Virus record (IMG/VR): IMGVR_UViG_3300032318_001091
Span: 1-24,936 of that record
Strand: one strand, 5' to 3'
DNA: 24,936 nt
Origin: a virus
Lineage: Duplodnaviria > Caudoviricetes
Within the stretch, counting starts at the first letter, position 1. Every line of letters starts with the position of its first letter. The translations under genes were made by a program, and so were the position numbers. This document shows, in pieces, positions 7,830-15,357 of the stretch. The notes below the pieces were generated by a model, which searched no databases, was not told the origin of the DNA, and worked only from the letters and a program-made list of their open reading frames with translations.

Positions 7830-10800
7830 ATGGCTACTGGCGCTCCCCCACCAACCTTCGACGAGTTCACGCCACGGAAGAACGTGCCTGCCGAGCGCAA
7901 AGAGGCCGCGCAAGAAGCGACCACAGCGACTTCGCGTGCGAACGTGAACCGCGTTGAGACGCTGCTTCCCCTTCAAGTGAAGGAACTTGAGGGTAAGATT
8001 GAAAAGGGCCAAATCGACCGCGAAGCTGCGCGCATCAAGCTGGATGCGTCTCGCAAACGCATCGCAGACCGTCCGTCGCCAGAAAAACTCGACGAAGCGC
8101 GCAACGCCATCATGGTCGAGCTTAAAAATGCCATCGAAGCGAAGAAGTTAAGCCGTGACATGTTCGGCGCAAGTGGTATTGGCTACACGACCACTTCTCT
8201 GTATTCAGGTTCACCAGCAAGCAGCGTGAACTCGTTGCTTGAGCCTATATTCGCCAACACGGCGTTCAACCGCTTGCAGAAAATGCGCGTGGAAAGCCCG
8301 ACAGGCGGCGCACTTGGCGCTGTGTCGGACAAAGAACTTTCACTCCTTAAATCCTCCGAGGCGGCGATGGACCCCTCCGCAGGTGACAAGGTGTTTCAGA
8401 GCGGCCTCGACACGGTCATCGGCAACCGCATAGACATGCTTATGAAGCTGGGCGCAGACCCGCTTGAACTGGCGCGCATCATCCCGCCAGAAGACCTGCC
8501 GACGTATAAAGACAAGTTCCGCGCCTACCGTTTCCTCGAAGAAGACGTCGCTGCGATGAACAAGTATCTTAACGAGACCCGCAAGAACGGCACGTACGAC
8601 CCTGCCGACTTCGCCGAGCTTATGGGCCAAGCGTATTACAACGCCACGGGCCGTGCACCAAACGAAGACTTCTTGGGCAGTGCGTTCGAGACTGGCATCA
8701 AGTACGGCGAAAAGCCAGACGCCACGCTGAACGCGTTTGACTATGCGGCGGCGGATGAAGACATCCAAAAGCGCCTCGGTTCGACTGCATATACGGGCGA
8801 CGACGGCTTGACTTGGGGCGAGACCCTCGGTGGGGCTGCGCTTAACTTTGTGCCCAGCACATTTGAGCTGGCGTACGACACTGTTTACGCCCTCACTCTC
8901 GGCCTGCCTGACACCCTCGAGGGTGTCGCCGATATTGTCGGCGGCGCGACTGGCCTGTCCGACGACCCCTCGTCGTACGAGGCACTGAAAAAATATTACA
9001 GCGACCGCTACGGCTCGGTAGAGGGTTTCAAGAAAGCCCTCCAGACCGACCCTGCGTCAATCATGGCCGACGTCGCTGGTGTTCTCACTGGTGGCGCGAC
9101 TATCCTTGCGAAGACAGGAAGCGTTGCGTCCAAGGTGTCGAAGATTAGCGCGCTGTCAAACGCCGCGAAGGCAGCCGAAACCTTCGGCACTTACGCCGCC
9201 AAGATTGACCCGCTGAACACTGCCGCCGCGCTAACAGGCGCAGGTGTAAAGACCGCAACTCGTGCAGCCGAAGCTGCTGCGGTAGACGTTCCTGCACGTT
9301 TCGCTGGCACGACGCCAGAAGCCGTGAAGCAAGGCTTCGAGGCTGGCAAGCGCGGTTCAGAAACTTTCAAAGAATTTGCGTCTGGCGCAGGTGACATCAC
9401 CGAGCCGCTCAACAAGGCAGAGAAAGCCCTTGGCGAACTATACCAACAGCGCAGCGCCGACTATACCCGCCGCATGTCGCGTCTCAAAAAGTCCGACGAG
9501 ACGTTGGCGTTCGACGACGTCGAGAAGGCCATCGAGGGTGTGCGCAAAGTCGGTCGGCACAAGGGCATCGACATCTCTGCCGCTGCGGACGTTTGGGACG
9601 AAGTCGACGGAAAGTACATGGAGTTCCTCGACAAGGGCTTAAATTCGATTGAAGATTTCGACGCCATGAAGCGCGCAATCAAGACAATCGGCAGTAAGTA
9701 CCAGCCCGGCACTCCGCAGTTCAAAGTGGCGAACGACGTATCGAAGGCAATCAACGACGTCATCGTTGCTAAAGCGCCTGTGTACGCCGACATCATGAAA
9801 GATTACCGTCAGGCGAGTGACGTGCTCACAGACGTGAAAGCTACACTTAGCCTTGGTGCGGCAAGCCCCGACACGGCTCTCAACAAACTGCGCCGCAACG
9901 CAGAAGGCCGCACGGCGCGCGGACGCACTGTGCTCGACCTCCTTGAGCAGACGCCGAGCGGCAAAGGCATCGGTGACATGCTCGCGGGTGCGGCCCTTAG
10001 CAGCGATACCGCCACGGGCGCTGGCGCTGGGCTTACTGCTCCAGCGGCTATGGTGTCAGGTTCGCCAGAGGTGTTGACGGCTAGTATGGTTACGCCCAAA
10101 AGCCTCGGTGAGAAGGCGTATCAGATGGGCCAAGTATACGGTCCAGCCGAGCGTGCTATCAGCTCATTCGCCCAGAACCAGAAGGTGCAGGCAGCAGCCG
10201 ATTTGGCGAAGAAGTACGGGCCGCAAGGCATGGAAGCTTTGCGTGTTGTGAACCCTGCGCTCATCCAACCACAAATGAACCCTGCGCCCACCGTCGAAAC
10301 ATTCACCGCTGAAGAGCAACCTACGCCCGAGGGCTACATCGCGCAGTTTCCTGTAGCCGACATGGCTGCGCCGGACGCGCTTCGCCTCGAGAAGTTCTAC
10401 GGTGCGCCAGAGGCAGAGGGTCTCAATCTCGAAGCGTTCCGCGCCCCGCAGCCTGCGATAGGCGGTCCTGCACCCACAGCGGGCACCGTCATGATAGGCG
10501 ACCGCGAAGCTCAATTGGGTGAGGATGGTCGGTTCTATTTCACAGACACAGGCGAAAGCGCCGAGGTTGAGGAGGAGCAAGGCTACGCCCGTGGCGGTCT
10601 CGCACAGGCACCGATAGCGCTCCGCAAAGGCGGTTCACCGTCTTTCGCCGACCGTGCTCGCTCCGTCGCAAAGGGCGCGACGTTCGCTTTCAACGACGAG
10701 ATGGAAGCGGCCCTCCGCGCACTGGCGCAGATGGACCCTGCGGCGTACCGCCGTGAGGTCAGTCGCATCCGTGCGCAGCAGGCCGCGTATGAAGAAGGCA

Positions 10801-11117
10801 ACCCAGTAGAGAGCCTCGCTTACGAGATGGGCGGCTCGATGTTGCCAGCACTCGTGCCCGGTGGACAGGCTGTCACAGCAGGCCGCATGGCGTCTCTGGC
10901 AGCACGCGCACCGCGCGCAGCGATGGCGGTGCGTCGTGCAGCCCCAGTGGCAGGCAGCGCAGCGCTTTACGGCGCAGGGGCCGCTGACAGCATGTCCGAC
11001 ATTCCACGCTCCATGGCGGAGGAGGCCGCTTTCGGCCTCGGTCTGTACGGCGCAGGAAATCTGGCTGCGCGGCCAGCTAAAGCGGGGTATCGCAAAGTGC
11101 GGAGCATATTTCGGTGA
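7830..11117 (+). CDS. Large putative DNA transfer/ejection protein (1095 aa)
   Basis: Large Ala-rich helical protein with TGGALGAVSDKELSLL and several hydrophobic Gly/Ala segments; position matches the largest ejection protein of podoviruses. Confidence 0.65.
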   Translation: MATGAPPPTFDEFTPRKNVPAERKEAAQEATTATSRANVNRVETLLPLQVKELEGKIEKGQIDREAARIKLDASRKRIADRPSPEKLDEARNAIMVELKNAIEAKKLSRDMFGASGIGYTTTSLYSGSPASSVNSLLEPIFANTAFNRLQKMRVESPTGGALGAVSDKELSLLKSSEAAMDPSAGDKVFQSGLDTVIGNRIDMLMKLGADPLELARIIPPEDLPTYKDKFRAYRFLEEDVAAMNKYLNETRKNGTYDPADFAELMGQAYYNATGRAPNEDFLGSAFETGIKYGEKPDATLNAFDYAAADEDIQKRLGSTAYTGDDGLTWGETLGGAALNFVPSTFELAYDTVYALTLGLPDTLEGVADIVGGATGLSDDPSSYEALKKYYSDRYGSVEGFKKALQTDPASIMADVAGVLTGGATILAKTGSVASKVSKISALSNAAKAAETFGTYAAKIDPLNTAAALTGAGVKTATRAAEAAAVDVPARFAGTTPEAVKQGFEAGKRGSETFKEFASGAGDITEPLNKAEKALGELYQQRSADYTRRMSRLKKSDETLAFDDVEKAIEGVRKVGRHKGIDISAAADVWDEVDGKYMEFLDKGLNSIEDFDAMKRAIKTIGSKYQPGTPQFKVANDVSKAINDVIVAKAPVYADIMKDYRQASDVLTDVKATLSLGAASPDTALNKLRRNAEGRTARGRTVLDLLEQTPSGKGIGDMLAGAALSSDTATGAGAGLTAPAAMVSGSPEVLTASMVTPKSLGEKAYQMGQVYGPAERAISSFAQNQKVQAAADLAKKYGPQGMEALRVVNPALIQPQMNPAPTVETFTAEEQPTPEGYIAQFPVADMAAPDALRLEKFYGAPEAEGLNLEAFRAPQPAIGGPAPTAGTVMIGDREAQLGEDGRFYFTDTGESAEVEEEQGYARGGLAQAPIALRKGGSPSFADRARSVAKGATFAFNDEMEAALRALAQMDPAAYRREVSRIRAQQAAYEEGNPVESLAYEMGGSMLPALVPGGQAVTAGRMASLAARAPRAAMAVRRAAPVAGSAALYGAGAADSMSDIPRSMAEEAAFGLGLYGAGNLAARPAKAGYRKVRSIFR

Positions 11118-12742
11118 GCCGCATAAAGCGCCTTCTCGCAGCCGCGTCGAAATACATTCCTGACGACATCGAGAAGCCTATGCGCAACGCGCTTGGCTTG
11201 TCGAAGCCTGCGAAAACCGCACGTAAAACCGCCAAGAAGAAAAAGCCAAAAGCGGCTCCAGAAAAGCCAAAGTTCTCGGTAAAAGAAGAAGGCCCGTTCT
11301 TGCGCGTCAATCGCGAAGGCGCGAAGCGCCGCACCATCCCAGAGGCGCGCGTAGCAAAAGACATCCAAGAAATCCGCGCAATCCTGCAAGACCCATCTAA
11401 GAACATCCCGGCGCAGGCCGCTGACGAGTACACGCGCGCCGCCCTCGGTCGTGGCTATGATGTCAACGCCACACCGCCACGCACCTCCCTCGAGAAGCAG
11501 AGCGGCATCGCCCGTGTCTTCCAAGAGGCCGTCGAAGGCTCACCCGAGTATAAGCAGCGCCTGTTCGAGGCGTATGGCAACGCCATGCCAGAGGTGGTCG
11601 AGCAGGCAGGCGCGCAGAATTACGACCAACTGACCGAGGCCGCGTATCGCCAACTGGCGGACGAGACGCGCGCCCAGTTCGAGACGCTTCCCGTCCAGAC
11701 GTCGTACAGCTACGGCGCAGGTGCGTACGCAACGCCAAGCGACATGCTGCGTGACGTACTCGGTGAAGGCAACCTCAACGTCTTCAAGGGCGGCGAGCCG
11801 CACGAGTTTTTGAACGAAGTCGACCCAGATACTAGCCTTACCGCAAACGAGATGTTCCGCGCCGCGCATGACTTCTATGGGCACGGCACGCAGGGCGCTA
11901 CCTTCCGCCCCGGTGGTGAGGAGATTGCGTACGCTTCGCACAGCCAGATGATGTCGCCGCTGGCGCAGATGGCCTTGCTGTCCGAAACGCGTGGCCAGAA
12001 CAGCCTCGTCAACTACTCGCCGCTCAACGTGGACATAATCAGCGAGATGCGCGCAATCCAACGCCGGATTGACGAAGAGAAGAAGCTTCTCGGTTTCAGG
12101 GGCGAGAAGCCTCGGCCCGGTCAGTTCGACGACGAGAACGCTCGCTTGCGCGAGCTTGGCGCGATGTTCGAGTACGCGCCGCAGAAGGGGCTGTTGTTGC
12201 CCCCAGAGTATCTCGACGTAAACACCACAGGCGGCGTTCCAGAGTATCTGCGCGACGTCATTAAGGCGCGCGCACCGACTGGCCCCGAGCGTGCCGTCCA
12301 CTTGAGCCACACGGAAGGTCTATCGGCCACTGACCCTGCGTTTTACGGCACAGGGCATCGCGGCGATGATTACGCTACGCGCGGAAGGAAAGGCAGCCCA
12401 GCGCAGCACACCAGCTTCTACATGGGTCCAGAAGGCACCGTTATCCCAGAAAAGTATGTCGAGGACGTTAGCCCGTATGCGTACGAGACCGAGCTGTCCG
12501 GCCTTTACGACATAACCAAAGACCCTGAAAACTTGATGGCGCTGGCGCGCGCATATACCGAACTAAAAGACAAGACCCCCTTCCCAGATTTCAACCGCAT
12601 GGTGCGTGAGTACGGGTATGCTGGCTATAAAAACAAGTTCGGCCCACAGGACGCGGCCAACGTGTTCGACGTAACCAAGCTACAGCGCCCCATCAAGAAA
12701 GGCCCACGCGGCTACGACGAAGGCGGTACCGTCGAAGCTTAA
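11114..12742 (+). CDS. Multidomain putative injected effector: Lys-rich N-terminus, HDxxGH metallopeptidase-like domain, possible ADP-ribosyltransferase-like C-terminal domain
   Basis: GTGA overlap with the upstream gene. KPAKTARKTAKKKKPK; NEMFRAAHDFYGH (HDFYGH at 11867-11884)...GEE...ETRGQNS; C-terminal VHLS...DP..YGTG...SFY...GYAGY. The ORF is solid; domain calls are tentative. Confidence 0.55.
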   Translation: MSRIKRLLAAASKYIPDDIEKPMRNALGLSKPAKTARKTAKKKKPKAAPEKPKFSVKEEGPFLRVNREGAKRRTIPEARVAKDIQEIRAILQDPSKNIPAQAADEYTRAALGRGYDVNATPPRTSLEKQSGIARVFQEAVEGSPEYKQRLFEAYGNAMPEVVEQAGAQNYDQLTEAAYRQLADETRAQFETLPVQTSYSYGAGAYATPSDMLRDVLGEGNLNVFKGGEPHEFLNEVDPDTSLTANEMFRAAHDFYGHGTQGATFRPGGEEIAYASHSQMMSPLAQMALLSETRGQNSLVNYSPLNVDIISEMRAIQRRIDEEKKLLGFRGEKPRPGQFDDENARLRELGAMFEYAPQKGLLLPPEYLDVNTTGGVPEYLRDVIKARAPTGPERAVHLSHTEGLSATDPAFYGTGHRGDDYATRGRKGSPAQHTSFYMGPEGTVIPEKYVEDVSPYAYETELSGLYDITKDPENLMALARAYTELKDKTPFPDFNRMVREYGYAGYKNKFGPQDAANVFDVTKLQRPIKKGPRGYDEGGTVEA

Positions 12743-14118
12743 CGGTCGTTCGGTCGCCTCTTTTGGCGCTTCATCGCCTCTAGCAATATCTCTTGAACGC
12801 TGCGCTTGCTCGATAGGCGCTCCATGACCATGGCATCGACCGTGTTGCGCGCCAGTATAGGATAGACCAGCACGGGGCGGTCGTGTCCCGCCTGCTTCTG
12901 CCGCATCGGCCCGATGCGCTCGATTATCTGCATGTGCTCTTCGAGGTTCCAGTTTACCCCGAAGAAGGCGAGGATGTTCCCGCCGTCCGCGAGGTTTAGG
13001 CCATGTCCCGCCGACGCAGGGTGAGCGAATAGTATTGGCACTTTTCCGGCGTTCCAGTCCCTGACCGTACTAGGGTCAGCGTCCAACACCCTGCCGTGAC
13101 GGAAACGCGCTTGTAGACGTTGAAGGTCGTGCTTGAAATTGTAGGCCACCAGCACGGGCGCGCCGTTAGCCTCCTCGATGATGCTTTCCAGCGCGTCCAG
13201 CTTTGCATTATGAATGTTCTCCCACTTACCCTCATCGTCTACGTACATCGCTCCGTTCGTAATCTGGAGCAGCTTCTGCGTCCGCACGGCAGCGTTGGCA
13301 GCTTCGACGTCACCCGTCGCAAGTTGCGCGAACAAGCTCTCTTCCATCGACTTATACAGTTGGCGCACGGACGGGATGAAATCGACGTACACCGGAACTA
13401 TGTTCGGCTCGTCAACTGGCAGCGCGCGCACGGTCAGACAGATGTCCTTCAACTTATCCTCGACCTCGGCCTGTGTGTGGTCGTATGGCACGAGGCTGTA
13501 GCCGTCGTAACCCTTGCGGAACCAGCGCTGCTCGAAGGCGCTGAACGTCTTGCCCAGACGCTCGCCCTTGTCGAGGAACCATATCTGGCCCCATAAATCC
13601 TTTACGCCGTTGGGCGCAGGCGTCCCTGTGAGGCCGATAAAGCGGCTCCCCTCTCCATGGACCTGCTGGCCCAGCGCACGCGCCCTAGAGCCTCCCTGAC
13701 GGATGCGGTAGGACTTCAACCGGGTGAACTCGTCCGCGACGACCGTCTTGAACGGCCACTCACCGCCAAGCTGCGCAATCAGCCAGTTTATGTTGTCGTA
13801 GTTGGTGCAGTAAATGTCAGCCTCTTTGGCGACTGCACGCTCGCGCTGCTTCGGTGTTCCCGCGATGACGCTGACGCGCAGGTGCTTGAGATGGTCCCAC
13901 TTGCCGACCTCTTCCGGCCACGTCGTGCGCGCAACGCGCAAGGGTGCCAGCACGAGCGCAGGGAAGACAGGCTCAACGACGTCGAGGGCGTCGAGCGCCG
14001 TCAGCGTCGTGACCGTTTTGCCGCCGCCCATGGGCATCCACAGCGCCGAGCGACGCAGCGCGAACAGGTGCTGCATCGCCTCGAGCTGATAGTCGTGAGG
14101 CTTAAATGTCCGTGTCAT
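12739..14118 (-). CDS. SNF2-family (SF2) helicase
   Basis: Q motif HDYQ, Walker A MGGGKT, Walker B VVADE, motif III LTGTP, motif V SAGHGLNL, motif VI QIIERIG. Confidence 0.93.
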   Translation of the reverse strand: MTRTFKPHDYQLEAMQHLFALRRSALWMPMGGGKTVTTLTALDALDVVEPVFPALVLAPLRVARTTWPEEVGKWDHLKHLRVSVIAGTPKQRERAVAKEADIYCTNYDNINWLIAQLGGEWPFKTVVADEFTRLKSYRIRQGGSRARALGQQVHGEGSRFIGLTGTPAPNGVKDLWGQIWFLDKGERLGKTFSAFEQRWFRKGYDGYSLVPYDHTQAEVEDKLKDICLTVRALPVDEPNIVPVYVDFIPSVRQLYKSMEESLFAQLATGDVEAANAAVRTQKLLQITNGAMYVDDEGKWENIHNAKLDALESIIEEANGAPVLVAYNFKHDLQRLQARFRHGRVLDADPSTVRDWNAGKVPILFAHPASAGHGLNLADGGNILAFFGVNWNLEEHMQIIERIGPMRQKQAGHDRPVLVYPILARNTVDAMVMERLSSKRSVQEILLEAMKRQKRRPNDR

Positions 14119-14404
14119 GTTTACCGTTTCTTATCTTGAACACGATTTCGTCGATTTCTTCGTTCGTGCGCGCGACGTAGACAGGGACGCCAGACGTTCG
14201 CATGCGTTCAATCTCGCGGTCCTGTATCTTGCTGACCCGGTCGCCGAACGCCTTTATCTCGATGAAGGCGGCGTTGGGCCAGTCCCACCACACAAAGCAG
14301 TCTGGGCAGCCGTTACGGCCCTCCCAGCGCACCTTCCGGTAATGACCCCCACTCTTCTGCACAACGTGCTTGAGATGGTCCTGTAGGCGTCCTGCGGGCG
14401 TCAC
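14102..14404 (-). CDS. VRR-NUC domain nuclease
   Basis: PD-(D/E)xK pattern GCPD...FIEIK...Q in 100 aa, in the usual position next to the SNF2 helicase. Confidence 0.88.
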   Translation of the reverse strand: MTPAGRLQDHLKHVVQKSGGHYRKVRWEGRNGCPDCFVWWDWPNAAFIEIKAFGDRVSKIQDREIERMRTSGVPVYVARTNEEIDEIVFKIRNGKHDTDI

Positions 14405-14970
14405 AAACGCTCAAATATGGTGATTACACGGAAGCGGTGATTTGTTGATTTCACCATGCCGATGACGCCAACAATCCGCCACTCGTCTTTGCGATACATT
14501 GGTAGCACTTGGTCGAGCCAGATGACTGGCGTGCCAGAGTGAACGCCTGTCAACGCTTTGAGCACCTTGTTGCGCTTGACCATCGTCGGTTTGTAGTGTT
14601 CCGCGTCTTCTACACTATACGGCGGGTCTGCCAAAACAATGTCGTATTGCGAGAGAGGCACGTTTTCTAGCGATTGGGCGTCATCCAGATATGTTGGCTC
14701 CATGTCGGGATTGAGGTCGACGGTGTCGCCCGGCCAAGCGGACTGGTCAACGCGGCCCGAAAATACGTGCAAAGCCTTATCCTTGTCGGGGTATAGCGCT
14801 TTGATGCGTTTTAGGTAGCCATGCGGGTAGCCGCCGTAATAGCCGCTCTGCACGCCGTAGGCGTTGCCCATAATCCAAGTGCCGACAATGCGGCCATCTT
14901 CGGAGATAAACAGCGAACGGGGGAAGCCCGTCACCTTTGTGTAATTGTCGATACGGTCCTGTAAGTTCAT
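14401..14970 (-). CDS. Small amino-(N6-A/N4-C) methyltransferase-like protein
   Basis: SAM-binding motif I-like LHVFSG, then TVDLN, DDAQ and catalytic motif IV DIVLADPPY; SD AGGAAG upstream. Confidence 0.72.
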   Translation of the reverse strand: MNLQDRIDNYTKVTGFPRSLFISEDGRIVGTWIMGNAYGVQSGYYGGYPHGYLKRIKALYPDKDKALHVFSGRVDQSAWPGDTVDLNPDMEPTYLDDAQSLENVPLSQYDIVLADPPYSVEDAEHYKPTMVKRNKVLKALTGVHSGTPVIWLDQVLPMYRKDEWRIVGVIGMVKSTNHRFRVITIFERL

Positions 14971-14980
14971 GTCTCTTCCT

Positions 14981-15178
14981 TCATAAATTTAGTCGGCCAG
15001 CGGACCAGTTCTTCTGCACGCGGACCTCGGCGTTCGGCACGCACCATATTTCGCGCGTGTCATCCATAGCGACAACCCAGAGCAGGCTATGCTCCAGCCC
15101 GTAGTCTATGACGGCCAGCGCAAGGCCAGAGCCTTTAGGTGTGTCCATCGGGATTGATGGGTTCAACTGCGTGAACAT
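14981..15178 (-). CDS. Hypothetical phage protein (65 aa)
   Basis: Fills the gap in the tightly packed operon; globular beta-type sequence (QLNP.IP..TPKG...IDYG.E..L.W). Confidence 0.75.
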   Translation of the reverse strand: MFTQLNPSIPMDTPKGSGLALAVIDYGLEHSLLWVVAMDDTREIWCVPNAEVRVQKNWSAGRLNL

Positions 15179-15179
15179 G

Positions 15180-15356
15180 TCAGTGCTTCTGCCAATGCAC
15201 GTACAAGGTCGTGCCGCCGTTGGTTTGCGCGCGCGGGCTGCACCAGCATTGGCTAGAAGGCTCGTGGCTCTCGTCCGGCAAATCGTGCCCGACTATCGGT
15301 CCTGTGATGCGGCCTTGGGCGTCTGTGCAGCTTTGTTCTAGTTTGATTTTACGCAT
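15180..15356 (-). CDS. Small His/Cys protein, possibly metal binding (58 aa)
   Basis: Start re-assigned to ATG 15356, just after the polA stop, with GGAAGG upstream; H-x6-H-x5-CWC-x-P...VH pattern. Confidence 0.6.
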   Translation of the reverse strand: MRKIKLEQSCTDAQGRITGPIVGHDLPDESHEPSSQCWCSPRAQTNGGTTLYVHWQKH

Positions 15357-15357
15357 G

